DNA of 64,000 bases from Candidatus Hydrogenedentota bacterium (GCA_045863295.1 BTWA01000014.1:64001-128000); one strand, 5' to 3'; positions 1 to 10,002 are shown, counted from the stretch's first letter. Program-made: numbers and translations. Notes: generated by a model not told the origin, from the sequence alone.

Positions 1-1244
1 GCGACACGCAAATCACGGGTCTGACGCCAGGCCAGTACGAAGTCACCTTTGGGAACGTCACAGGGTGGACACCACCGTCGAGTGTGACGAAGACGATTGG
101 CGCGAATGAAGTGGTTGAATTCACAGGCACATATACCCAAGCGCCCCCGGCGCCAGGGACCATTCGCGTTCGGGTAAATGGGATATCCGCCAACTGGGTG
201 CTGACCGGCACGCTGAAGAACGGCGGTCAGTTTCCACAACAGGTTCACAACGGCAGCAAAGACTTGCCCAATATGCCCCTGGGTACCTATTTCGTCACAT
301 GGGGCACCGTTGACGGTTGGCGCAGTCCATTGAACCAGCCGGAAGGGCCCAAAGAATTGACGGAAGGAGCCTCAATCGTATTTGAGGGAACGTACCAGTC
401 TTTGACGGCTCCGCCCACTCCCGGTGGCGGTCAGAACAGCGGATGCGGTAGCAGCGCCAAGCGGTTGGCGCTGGCGTGGCGGGAACCGGCATTCCCGGTT
501 GGCCCCGCGGCCGTCCACGACGCGCTCGCCGTTCGCATTATGAGCAATGAAGCAATCGTTCCTGAACGCGCCGAGGCAAGAACAGGTGGTGTAGACTTAG
601 CCGTGGGCGCCATCGCGTGGGTGCCGATGGCGGCAGACGGATCAGACGGATATGCAGTTGTGAACGCACCGGAAGACGGCTGGCCATTCGGATTAAACGT
701 TGAGATCACAATCCATTATCGGAGTGAAGTAGGAGCAGACTTTGAACCGGTGAACCATGTCTTCACGATTGCGCGCGAAACAACTGCACCCGTGGCTCTT
801 GAATTGGTTCAAGAAGAATTGCCGTCACCAGGGATTTGGCAGACTTCTCCGGCATACAGACTCGCACCCGACACGGTATTCGCCAGCCCCATCGCGGTCG
901 AACTACAGGTGGATGACGAAGTGTTTGAAGCGGGATACGAGATCCTCTATTGGGGTGGACCGGCAGGCTTCGAATCCTGGCACGCGGCCGGGAACGTTCC
1001 CGGCTGGATTGCCAGCCAAGAACAAACAACAACCCGCCCGAACGGGGAGTCGCGTATTCGATTTCAAGTCAATCATGCGGGCGTGATGTGCGTGGTGCCC
1101 AAGACCGCGTATCAAAGCAGTAGTTTCGTTTCAGCATGGCCCCAAACAGTTGGTCACCTGCTGACTGCCCTGGGTTTGACAGCAAGCCTGTTTGCCGTGG
1201 CTGCAATCTCGAAACGGCATCAACAGCGGCGCTCCGGAAAATAG
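1..1244 (+). CDS. Surface protein, 5'-truncated by window edge: PEGA-like repeats, ZU5-like C-terminal domain, TM anchor
   Basis: Frame of ORF 84..1244 is open from base 3 (DTQITGLTPGQYEVTFGNVTGWTPP). Repeat units GQYEVTFGNVTGW..FTGTY and GTYFVTWGTVDGW..FEGTY. Hydrophobic C-terminal helix followed by KRHQQRR. Confidence 0.7.
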   Translation, partial: DTQITGLTPGQYEVTFGNVTGWTPPSSVTKTIGANEVVEFTGTYTQAPPAPGTIRVRVNGISANWVLTGTLKNGGQFPQQVHNGSKDLPNMPLGTYFVTWGTVDGWRSPLNQPEGPKELTEGASIVFEGTYQSLTAPPTPGGGQNSGCGSSAKRLALAWREPAFPVGPAAVHDALAVRIMSNEAIVPERAEARTGGVDLAVGAIAWVPMAADGSDGYAVVNAPEDGWPFGLNVEITIHYRSEVGADFEPVNHVFTIARETTAPVALELVQEELPSPGIWQTSPAYRLAPDTVFASPIAVELQVDDEVFEAGYEILYWGGPAGFESWHAAGNVPGWIASQEQTTTRPNGESRIRFQVNHAGVMCVVPKTAYQSSSFVSAWPQTVGHLLTALGLTASLFAVAAISKRHQQRRSGK

Positions 1245-1882
1245 TGTGCTTCAATCATCGCGCTGAACGTGTGATACAAGACGAGGTGCGCTTCCTGAAT
1301 AACCTTGGTGCAAGTGCCCGGCGCCTTGATGGCAATGTCCGCAAAGGCCGCCATCTTGCCGCCGTTGGGACCGGTTAGCGATACAGGCGTGGCCCCGATC
1401 GCTTTGGCCACGGACAGCGCCATCAGGCAATTGCTCGCATTGCCCGACGTGGAGATGCCGACAACCACGTCGCCCGCTTTACCCAATGCAAACAACTCTT
1501 GAGCAAACGCGATATCGCGCAAGGGAATGTCATTTTCAACCGCCGTCTTGAGCGACCCGTTGAAACCAAGGGCGATAGCCGGAAGCCCGGCTTCCAAATT
1601 CCCGGCCAGTTCGTTCCCAAAGGGCAAGCCGCGAAGTGCTTCCTTCACTCGCTCGGGCACAATCCGCTTGCGTTCAAAACTTTTGCACAGCTCGCCCGCT
1701 ATGTGCATGGCATCCGCGTTGCTCCCGCCGTTGCCACAAATAAAAAGCTGCCGGCCACCGTCATAGGCGGCAACGAGCGAATGATGGAGGGCCTCCAGCG
1801 AAGGCACACAGCCCGCCAAATCCGGCCGTCGCGCCAGCATTTCTTCAATGATTTCTTGCTCAATGGGAAGCAACGCAGCCAT
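1220..1882 (-). CDS. gmhA: SIS-domain sedoheptulose-7-phosphate isomerase (GmhA-like)
   Basis: GNGGSNADAMHIAGEL, ISTSGN and IQEAH motifs. 3' end overlaps the convergent upstream ORF by 25 nt. Confidence 0.8.
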   Translation of the reverse strand: MAALLPIEQEIIEEMLARRPDLAGCVPSLEALHHSLVAAYDGGRQLFICGNGGSNADAMHIAGELCKSFERKRIVPERVKEALRGLPFGNELAGNLEAGLPAIALGFNGSLKTAVENDIPLRDIAFAQELFALGKAGDVVVGISTSGNASNCLMALSVAKAIGATPVSLTGPNGGKMAAFADIAIKAPGTCTKVIQEAHLVLYHTFSAMIEAHYFPERRC

Positions 1883-1900
1883 CCAATGGAATCTCCCTGA

Positions 1901-3013
1901 CTACGATTCCTGCAGAAGACGCACCAGCGTCAGCAGAAAATCGCGGTTGTCCGCACACACGTACCGCATGGACCCGCCCATGCGCGAAAAAGATTTGTTA
2001 TAGCGCAAATAATAGTCCGGATTGTCCTCCGGAGGTTCCCCTTGCCGCCAATCCCAGTGGGATGGCTGCAAATCGGCAATAACCATACAGTGATCGTCGA
2101 TATGCTTGCCTTGCTGAATAGCCAGGTTTTGCGCCATGGATAGAGACTTCTCGAATATCATCGGCGACATGACCGCCGACCCAATCGACATGTAGACACC
2201 GCCGTCCAGCCGCGTTACGCTCTGCGCATACGAAAGAAAATCCCGTTGAGCGGTCCGCCCAATCGCCGCTCCGTGATTCATCGGATGCAAATAGATGATG
2301 TCATGACCAAACATCGGATGACCGGTAAATGGCACGTTCAGACGGTAAGCCGCAGCCTGCAAGCCATACTGCTTAAAAGGGTGCGCCACCGAAAGGTGCC
2401 CAGGTTTCAGGTCCAAAGCGCGCATCTGCGCCAGCAAATCCGCCGCCGCCGCCGCCTTGTCCAAGTTGCCATCGACTTCCGTGGCAATGGCCTCCTTCAA
2501 TTCCGCTTCATCAGGAAGCAGCGCGCCCTCGTTTTCCACAAACGCCCCCACCGACTCGCCATACCCCAATCCTCGGTAAGCCCCCACCGCAATCGCGAGG
2601 TTGATATACAAGCCGGTCTCCTGCCAGGCCCCGAACTTGCCCTCACGAACATTTTCCGCAACGTGCTCGCTGCTTTGACCGCAGTATGCGAACTCCCAAT
2701 CATGAATGATGCCCGCGCCGTTCGTCGCAAGATGCGTGACCCATCCCTGTTCAATTAGATGCGTCAGCACCGGCGCCAGCCCATTCTTAATCGTGTGCGC
2801 GCCAAACGCCAGCATCACCGAACGCCCAAGTTTCCGCGCACGGCGGATTCGCTCCGACGTTTCGTGCAACACATTCAAGGTCAATTCGTTCATGGGGCGG
2901 GCCGCATCGCTCGCCTTGATGTGGTCTTCCTCGATAACGACCCGGTTCACGCGATCTCGAATTGGATAGAAGCGCAACCGGGCTCGGTCCAAGTGGTCAA
3001 AAGGCATTCGCAC
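1901..3013 (-). CDS. Uncharacterised protein with deoxyhypusine-synthase-like fold
   Basis: GAHTIKNGL..LIEQGWVTHLATNGAGIIHD and GGVYMSIGSAVMSP resemble DHS-like NAD-binding motifs. Lies 18 nt upstream of gmhA. Confidence 0.55.
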   Translation of the reverse strand: MRMPFDHLDRARLRFYPIRDRVNRVVIEEDHIKASDAARPMNELTLNVLHETSERIRRARKLGRSVMLAFGAHTIKNGLAPVLTHLIEQGWVTHLATNGAGIIHDWEFAYCGQSSEHVAENVREGKFGAWQETGLYINLAIAVGAYRGLGYGESVGAFVENEGALLPDEAELKEAIATEVDGNLDKAAAAADLLAQMRALDLKPGHLSVAHPFKQYGLQAAAYRLNVPFTGHPMFGHDIIYLHPMNHGAAIGRTAQRDFLSYAQSVTRLDGGVYMSIGSAVMSPMIFEKSLSMAQNLAIQQGKHIDDHCMVIADLQPSHWDWRQGEPPEDNPDYYLRYNKSFSRMGGSMRYVCADNRDFLLTLVRLLQES

Positions 3014-3156
3014 AATCCTTCCGTCCCTCGATCGGGCGCCAAACGTGGCGGCGGCGAGGCCATTTTCGGCACGAATCCCAAGAGTTCATGCACTCCATCG
3101 CAGTATACCAAAGTGGATAGAAGGGATTGAAGCTCCGTGTGCCTACCTCACGATGC

Positions 3157-3720
3157 TCAGTCGGGAATGCACGGCGAAATGCCGAATTCGGTAATGATCC
3201 AATCCACGCGCATATCATAGGTCTCGGAAGGCACTTCCTCCACCACCTGCGCGGCAAAGGCAAGCCCAATCTTAATGCCCCTGAACCTGGGAAGAAATCG
3301 ATCGAAATACCCGCCCCCATACCCCACGCGATTCCCGTGCCGGTCAAAAGCAATTCCAGGCACCAGCACCAGATCGCCATCGTCACCCGAAACCGCCTCC
3401 CCCGTGCGCGGCTCAAGAATACCCATCGGCCCCGGCGCGAGGTCCGCAATCGACGCAAGCTTTACCCACTGCAACATGCGCCCAGCCGCAACCCTCGGGA
3501 CAAATATTGACTTGCCCATCTCCAAACCGTCGCGAATAATCGGGAGGGTATCGACTTCGTTGTCTTTCGATGAAACATACGTCAACACGCTCGCCGATGA
3601 CTGGTACGTACCGTGAGAAAGCAGGTGACTTTGAATCGCATGATTCCACGCGCGAACCTGTTCCGCGCCTAAGCCCCGGCGGCGCTTGAGCAAGGCAAGT
3701 CGCAAACGGCTCTTGTCCAT
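3157..3720 (-). CDS. 5-formyltetrahydrofolate cyclo-ligase
   Basis: LVPGIAFDRHGNRVGYGGGYFDR, NEVDT and GILEP motifs. Start reassigned to MDKSRLR with GGGAG RBS. Confidence 0.92.
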   Translation of the reverse strand: MDKSRLRLALLKRRRGLGAEQVRAWNHAIQSHLLSHGTYQSSASVLTYVSSKDNEVDTLPIIRDGLEMGKSIFVPRVAAGRMLQWVKLASIADLAPGPMGILEPRTGEAVSGDDGDLVLVPGIAFDRHGNRVGYGGGYFDRFLPRFRGIKIGLAFAAQVVEEVPSETYDMRVDWIITEFGISPCIPD

Positions 3721-3877
3721 CGATGTCTCCCGCCTCATTCCGGTCACCAACGATAATCGGTCGGTTTCGCGCGTGCAACAGCCATCTAAGATCGGGTACA
3801 CTGCCACATAAGACGACATCGTGACACTGCTCGGGCACGCAGTCCGCCAAGAGTCTCAATGCAAGGAGGCCGATTCA

Positions 3878-4960
3878 GTGAATATGGATCCCCTGTGGCG
3901 CCTTTACTACCCCACATGGAAATCCAAACCTGCGCAACCCGTCGAAGGCTATAGCATTCTCATCTGGACCCCGGCGGATCTGCCCGTCTTCACGGATTTG
4001 GCCCTCGAAACCTGCGCCGCACAGGATCACGCGCACCTCACCGATGTGCTTGTGCTTCCGGATAGCCGCGACCAAACATTTTGCAGCCAATTTCAGAGAT
4101 ACAAAGACCGCCACCCAGACATGCCCATACGTCTCGTGCTGCCTACGCTGTTTCAACATTGTATCGCAAAGACCCTCAATAACGGCTCCCACAACACGTG
4201 GTTCCAACTGATGGCCGGATTCGAAGCCTGTCGAAGCAAATACGCCATGTTGCACGATGTCGACGCGTTCGTTTTCGACCCCTCGCTATTCAAAAAACAC
4301 TACGAAGCCTGCGCCAGCCAGAATCGGGCGTGCCTCGGGGTCAGCCCCGTGTGGGATAACTGGTACAGGGAGAATGGATACGGGCACGTCTGCGCTACGT
4401 GGGAGCTGATGTTCAATATGGATTGGGTGCGCCAATTCCCGCCACAGGACCATCACGGACACTTCGGCTCAGTGCACGGCAAACAACATCAGTTCGACAG
4501 CATGCTGAAACCGCAATGCCTGACCCCGCCGGAAAAGATCCAGCGCCATGATGTCGAAGAACAATTCGTCCACTTCAACTTCGTAACCGGCACCTACCGA
4601 AGGTTTCAGAACTCGAAAGGCCCGTTCGAAGATTCAGGCTTCCGCATCCTCTTTATCCGCATGCTGCACGAGGGATTCCCGGACGCGGCCGCCCCGGCCG
4701 GACTCCCCACCCTGGATGAGTTGGAAAAGGGCCTGACCGATGCCACACACCCCGTCACGTATCGTAGTCACGAGGCGGCCGAAACCTACGCCACGTTCCG
4801 ATCAAAATTACAGGACCTGATCGACAACGTCACCCTGTCCCAGCGCCTGCGCACCGCCTTCGCCCGAGGGACAAAGGCGTTTGATAAAGCATTTCATTGG
4901 ATGGGACAGGCCGTAGCCTGCTACTACTGTGTTTTGGAGCCTCTTGCGCCTCTGGTGTAG
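3878..4960 (+). CDS. Putative GT-A-fold glycosyltransferase-like protein
   Basis: YSILI N-terminal strand and KYAMLHDVDAF DxD motif. AAGGAGG RBS 8 nt before GTG 3878. Confidence 0.5.
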   Translation: MNMDPLWRLYYPTWKSKPAQPVEGYSILIWTPADLPVFTDLALETCAAQDHAHLTDVLVLPDSRDQTFCSQFQRYKDRHPDMPIRLVLPTLFQHCIAKTLNNGSHNTWFQLMAGFEACRSKYAMLHDVDAFVFDPSLFKKHYEACASQNRACLGVSPVWDNWYRENGYGHVCATWELMFNMDWVRQFPPQDHHGHFGSVHGKQHQFDSMLKPQCLTPPEKIQRHDVEEQFVHFNFVTGTYRRFQNSKGPFEDSGFRILFIRMLHEGFPDAAAPAGLPTLDELEKGLTDATHPVTYRSHEAAETYATFRSKLQDLIDNVTLSQRLRTAFARGTKAFDKAFHWMGQAVACYYCVLEPLAPLV

Positions 4961-5060
4961 GCCGAGTGCACTAGGGCATCGTGCTCGGAGCGTGGTCGCA
5001 GCGACAACACATTCACAGTTCTGCCACTTCCATCTAGTCCTGCCGCTTGGCACGAATTGA

Positions 5061-5076
5061 AGCAACTGTTGTGCCA
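5061..5076 (-). promoter_or_regulatory. Sigma-54 (-24/-12) consensus site
   Basis: Minus strand TGGCACAACAGTTGCT matches TGGCAC-N5-TTGCW exactly, within an AT-rich intergenic region. Confidence 0.45.
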
Positions 5077-5274
5077 TGTTAGTTACCAGCCAACTACCTG
5101 TTAATTATTTGGTCAATCGCTCCCGGTTTGCATTATTTTCTTAACTGTAAATAGTTTTTAAGTTGTTTCCCTTAAACGTATTACACTACAAGCTATCTGT
5201 CCAATCCACATTGGACCGTTTCTTGCTCATCTTACTAGACCAATAAGGAACGAACTTAGCCGGGACGCATTCGC

Positions 5275-8200
5275 ATGCACATCCGACTCCCTATCCTTGT
5301 CATTGTCGCCAGTTCAGTGGCCGGAACTGCGTTCGGCTTTCCGCCGCCGGATAATGACAACGTGTTCGCCCGATCAAATTTCAGCGGGGTACAAATTGCG
5401 GGATCGAATGTCGACGCTACTTCCGAAACGAATGAACCCAACCACGCGGGCGCTTCGGCTGGCAAGTCGGTCTGGTTCATGTGGACGTCACCCAATCATC
5501 CAGGCACGATGGAACTCAGCACGGCAGGAAGTTCATTTGATACCGTCTTGGCCGTATATACCGACCCTGGATACACTACGATGCCCGCCGCCGCCAGTCT
5601 GGTCGTGTCCAGCAATGACTATTTCCCCGACGGCACTTCGCGCGTCACCTTTCGCACACCCCTTTTCGGGGCCCAGTACTTGATAGCACTGGACGGGGAC
5701 TTGACAGGTCTGCTCACTGAGGGGGACTTTGTACTCACAGGCCACTTCACCCCCGACCAGGCACCAGGAAATGACAACATCGCCAATGCGCTGTCTGTGA
5801 ATATTGGATCTCTATTGGACTCATTTAATTATGGAGCCACATCCGAACTGAATGAGCCGGACCACGCGAGTTCTTCCGCCGGAAAATCCATCTGGTACAA
5901 ATCATCGTTTATCTATGCGGTGAAGGTCAGTACCGCCGGAAGCGCAATCCCAACGATTTTAGCCGCATATACAGGAACTCCGGGGTCGTTGATGGAACTG
6001 GATTCGGACGTGGATGTGGACGGATCGGGAGCAAGTATCACGATTCAGCCGGGTGGCGCATTCTACATCGCTGTAGACAGCGTGGAAGGATCCGGCCATA
6101 CGGAAGGTCCCATTAAACTCACCATAAGCGAGACGGCCACTATTGACTCAATGTATCCCATAAGTGACACGGATGATGGTGGTGTGAAGGTGACGCTCCT
6201 CGGCCAGTTCTACACGGAAGACGGATGGGACTACTCGGTACGAGTCCTATTTGGAGACGTGCCGAACCCCGCACAGATTCTGAGTTATGGGTCCAGTTTT
6301 ATTGAGTGTCTGGCACCCCAAAAACCATGGCCGTACGACCCGGTTGTAGTCACAGTGGAGGTGACGCGGAAGCATCCCTTCACGAGCGAAGTGCAAGTAT
6401 ACACCGGCGATGCACCAGGACTTTTCACTTACGGCGGTAACTGTGACTTATCACTCAGTCCGCCTGGTCCATCCGCAGGGTCAACTGCGGGTGGTGCCAT
6501 CGTCACCATGCAAGGTCACGGTATTGCGACAAATACAAATGTATGGGTTGAGTTTGGTGGTGTTCCTGCTACCGGCAAATCCATCACAAAAGGATGGGAC
6601 GGGGTTTACTCACTCCGATGCATTGCGCCACCGCATGCACCGGGCACAGTGGACGTGGTCGTCCGAAATGGCTGTAACGTAGTTCAAACCATGCCCGATG
6701 CCTTCACCTACTTTGATCCGCTTCCAGCCATTGAATCCATTGATCCCCTTGCTGGCACTTCGGCTGGTGGTACTGCGATCACGTTGGCAATCGCGAACTG
6801 GACGGAACCCGATCCGCCAACAGTCATGCTCGGCGATGCGGAGGCCACCCAGGTAAGCTTGGAGGCGGGCCAGGACGGGCTTACCCTGGTGCATTGCACC
6901 TCCGGCACTCATCTGCCTGGATGGGTGGATGTGACGGTCCAGGGCACAGCGGAATCGGCGGAACGGATGAACGGCTTCGCTTACATCTCAAGTGGCGCAA
7001 ATACCGTGGGTTTGCCCGACAACTACGAAGTGGACGACGAATACGAAGATCGTACGTCGATTCAGATGTTTGCCAATGAGCATGAAACCCAAGCCCGCTC
7101 CTTTCACAAGCCCGGAGACATTGACTGGATCGCCTTGTATGCACCGGCCAACGTTCAGGGCTTTGAAATAAAGTGCACGTCTCCTAATGCCGACCCTGTC
7201 ATCGAGATATTTGACTATAACCTTCAACTCATCGTTCCCGAAACACGCGTTAGCGACGGCGATCCAAATACATCCGATCGGTTTGATTTACCCAGTGGGT
7301 ACGAATTTTTTGTGAGAATCCGAAATGCGAACCCGTCCGGATTTGGCAATTCATATACGTATTCCTTTTCCTGGCGTAGTTTTGACAATGGGCCTACCTT
7401 AACGGGCTATCTCACGGTTTCCGCCGTGGATGCCCTGACAGGCCGTGCATTGCCCAACACAGCAGTAAGCATCTGGCCCATAAGTACACCGGGTATGCGG
7501 GTGGAAGGCACAACAACGTACTCGGGCGTATTGGGACCGATTCCATTTATGCCGGGCACATTCACGGTCCAGCATCCTGGCTCAATCGCATATGGCCTCG
7601 TATCAACGCAGGTCACGCTCGATTCGTCAACATCGCAATCGGTCCAACTATCGCTAATTAGAAATACATCACCGTTTCTGCAGGTCACCTCACCGGCAAA
7701 TGGAGAGAACTTGATTAAAGGCAATCAGCATACCATTCAATGGTCCACAACTGGCCTCGTCGAATCGGTCAATCTGACACTGTTCAAAGGGGCGAATCAG
7801 GTCTCGCAACTAGCGGCAGGCATTGCGAACACGGGCCAATTTCAGTGGAATATTCCGGCAAACCTGTCCAACGGGTCCGACTACCGCATCCGGGTGGAGT
7901 ACGCCCATCACACCGCGACCTTCGATGATTCCGAGCCATTTGTGGTTGGAGATCCTCTCGGCATGTCCGTAACAGGCAATCCAAGTCCTGTTTCACACAG
8001 TCCAGGCCAGTTTGACCTGGATGTGGAACAGACCGGTCTGGGCACTTTGGCTTGGTCCGCCTCGGTACTCCCAGGCGCACCCTGGCTAACCATACAGAGC
8101 GGCGCAAACGGTTCGGGCGACGGCGTCATCACGGTGGAACACGAGTCCAATACAAGCACCTCGCAGCGGCAAGGGACCGTGCGCGTGTCGGCGCCAGGCG

Positions 8201-10002
8201 CCACGCCATCCGCAATCGACATCACAATTACCCAACAAGGTCGCCCTCTTGTCAATACGCTCACAGTGCTTTCGCCCAACGGCGGTGAACAATGGCAACA
8301 GGGCGAGGCCTACGACATTGAGTGGGCTTCTGGCACGGCCAAGAGTATTGCCAACGTGACCATTGAACTCTGGGCTTCGGGTGCCCTGCATACAACGATT
8401 GCGGCTTCTACACCCAATGACGGCCTGTACCACTGGTCTGTTCCCGCAAACCTTCCGCTAGGATCGGCGTACCGGATACGTGTCATAGACACGGCTAACG
8501 GGACCGTGCATGACGCCAGCGACGCCGATTTCTCCGTGATAGCGCCGCCCCTTGTGGACACGCTGTCCGTGACTTCCCCGAACGGGGGAGAGCAATGGAC
8601 GCGCGGGAGCCAATACACCATTCAGTGGACTGCAGGCGTAGCAAAGGCCATTTCGAATGTGAAGCTCGAGTTGTTGTCCAACGGCTCGTTACACACAATG
8701 ATTGCAGCAAGCACTGCGAACGACGGCGCCCACGCATGGACAGTTCCAACGAGTGTGCCGGCCGGTAATGCATACAGTATTCGTGTCAGCGATACTTCAA
8801 ATGCGTCGACTGCGGATACAAGCGACCATGCTTTTACGATCCTCGACCTGCCCCCCGTGGATACCCTGACGGTCACGTCGCCCAATGGAGGCGAAACGTG
8901 GTATCGAGGCAGCGCATACGAGATCGCATGGACCACGTCGTCCTCCAAAGCCGTGTCGTTGGTGAACATAATATTGCTTAAGAATGGTGTACCGTACACC
9001 GGTATCGCGGCCTTTGAATTCAACTCCGGTACGTTCCAATGGTCAGTTCCCGGAAATCTTGAACTGGGCACGGACTACACCATTCGCGTTTCAGATTCAC
9101 TGAATGGAAATATCACCGATGACAGTAATGCGCCGTTGAGCATTGCCGATGCCCCCGCGCCTCCGCCACCGCCTCCGCCAGATCCACCTTTACCGCCCGA
9201 TCGAAAATCGATGATACAAAAAGTCAACGCATCGATTGCCGAGACCGTGCTTCCTCCGTGGAACGGCTCGAATGGTGTAATGGCGGTCGCTGCCGGTCAG
9301 CCCGTGTACGTGCGCCTTTTCGCGTCCGCTCCGATCGTCGCGGAGTCAATCTGGGCCCAATCAGAATCAACGGATTTCACCATCGAGTGGATTCCATCGT
9401 CCAGCGAATCGGACGGTTGGGTCAAGATTGCACCGGATGGCACTTGGCCGCACCGGGAACCAATGCATGTAACGGTTGGCGCAAAAACGCAGTCCGGACT
9501 CGAGATTGAATCGGAAAAGCATGTCATTCAATCCGCATCAATGGAATCGCCCCCAAGCATTCCACTGCCGGACGTCTGGATGGGAGTTCCGGTTTCTGCG
9601 ATGCATCAGATCGATCCGATCGGGGCCTACGCGTCACCCGTGGTTGTTCAGGTGCCCTTGCATCGTACCGTCGATGCCGGTCGCATAGCGATCATGTATT
9701 ACAGTGAGTCGCACGCGCACCAAGGCTGGTATCCGGGTTCGTCAGTGCGGGGTTGGATGGCAGACCCGGCGGTTGCCATTTTGGAATCGCCCGACGGTCT
9801 AGTCGCGGAGTTCGCCGTTATGCATTCCGGCGTGGTCCAGGCCGTGGAAGTTCCCCTGGCCATAGCCTCCGGCGTACCCGGATTTGATGTGCGAATCACT
9901 GGCCCCGTACAAGCCCAGTTCGGACTTGGAATACTTGTATTCCTCGCCATGGCGGGAATCGCGGGACAATGGGTCGCCTATCGGCGCCATACCCAAAACT
10001 GA
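5275..10002 (+). CDS. Large secreted multidomain surface protein: 2 N-terminal repeats, 3 IPT/TIG, PPC-like, 4 Ser/Thr-rich Ig-like repeats, BACON-like, Pro linker, ZU5-like domain, TM anchor
   Basis: Signal peptide. Duplicated ATSExNEPxHAxxSAGKSxW. IPT motifs (GSTAGGAIVT..APPHAPGTVDV). VTSP(N/A)xGE..W..G.DYRIRV repeats. PWLTI..QRQGTVRV..ITITQQG. C-terminal TM followed by RRH. Confidence 0.8.
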   Translation: MHIRLPILVIVASSVAGTAFGFPPPDNDNVFARSNFSGVQIAGSNVDATSETNEPNHAGASAGKSVWFMWTSPNHPGTMELSTAGSSFDTVLAVYTDPGYTTMPAAASLVVSSNDYFPDGTSRVTFRTPLFGAQYLIALDGDLTGLLTEGDFVLTGHFTPDQAPGNDNIANALSVNIGSLLDSFNYGATSELNEPDHASSSAGKSIWYKSSFIYAVKVSTAGSAIPTILAAYTGTPGSLMELDSDVDVDGSGASITIQPGGAFYIAVDSVEGSGHTEGPIKLTISETATIDSMYPISDTDDGGVKVTLLGQFYTEDGWDYSVRVLFGDVPNPAQILSYGSSFIECLAPQKPWPYDPVVVTVEVTRKHPFTSEVQVYTGDAPGLFTYGGNCDLSLSPPGPSAGSTAGGAIVTMQGHGIATNTNVWVEFGGVPATGKSITKGWDGVYSLRCIAPPHAPGTVDVVVRNGCNVVQTMPDAFTYFDPLPAIESIDPLAGTSAGGTAITLAIANWTEPDPPTVMLGDAEATQVSLEAGQDGLTLVHCTSGTHLPGWVDVTVQGTAESAERMNGFAYISSGANTVGLPDNYEVDDEYEDRTSIQMFANEHETQARSFHKPGDIDWIALYAPANVQGFEIKCTSPNADPVIEIFDYNLQLIVPETRVSDGDPNTSDRFDLPSGYEFFVRIRNANPSGFGNSYTYSFSWRSFDNGPTLTGYLTVSAVDALTGRALPNTAVSIWPISTPGMRVEGTTTYSGVLGPIPFMPGTFTVQHPGSIAYGLVSTQVTLDSSTSQSVQLSLIRNTSPFLQVTSPANGENLIKGNQHTIQWSTTGLVESVNLTLFKGANQVSQLAAGIANTGQFQWNIPANLSNGSDYRIRVEYAHHTATFDDSEPFVVGDPLGMSVTGNPSPVSHSPGQFDLDVEQTGLGTLAWSASVLPGAPWLTIQSGANGSGDGVITVEHESNTSTSQRQGTVRVSAPGATPSAIDITITQQGRPLVNTLTVLSPNGGEQWQQGEAYDIEWASGTAKSIANVTIELWASGALHTTIAASTPNDGLYHWSVPANLPLGSAYRIRVIDTANGTVHDASDADFSVIAPPLVDTLSVTSPNGGEQWTRGSQYTIQWTAGVAKAISNVKLELLSNGSLHTMIAASTANDGAHAWTVPTSVPAGNAYSIRVSDTSNASTADTSDHAFTILDLPPVDTLTVTSPNGGETWYRGSAYEIAWTTSSSKAVSLVNIILLKNGVPYTGIAAFEFNSGTFQWSVPGNLELGTDYTIRVSDSLNGNITDDSNAPLSIADAPAPPPPPPPDPPLPPDRKSMIQKVNASIAETVLPPWNGSNGVMAVAAGQPVYVRLFASAPIVAESIWAQSESTDFTIEWIPSSSESDGWVKIAPDGTWPHREPMHVTVGAKTQSGLEIESEKHVIQSASMESPPSIPLPDVWMGVPVSAMHQIDPIGAYASPVVVQVPLHRTVDAGRIAIMYYSESHAHQGWYPGSSVRGWMADPAVAILESPDGLVAEFAVMHSGVVQAVEVPLAIASGVPGFDVRITGPVQAQFGLGILVFLAMAGIAGQWVAYRRHTQN

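Noticed and set aside
435..450. MYXO-CTERM-like GCG sorting signal (NSGCG)
   Set aside because: Lies far upstream of the TM helix and is absent from the second protein with the same module.
3721..3877. 6S RNA upstream of the 5-formyl-THF cyclo-ligase (common synteny)
   Set aside because: Short divergent intergenic region with no long self-complementary rod that I could find.
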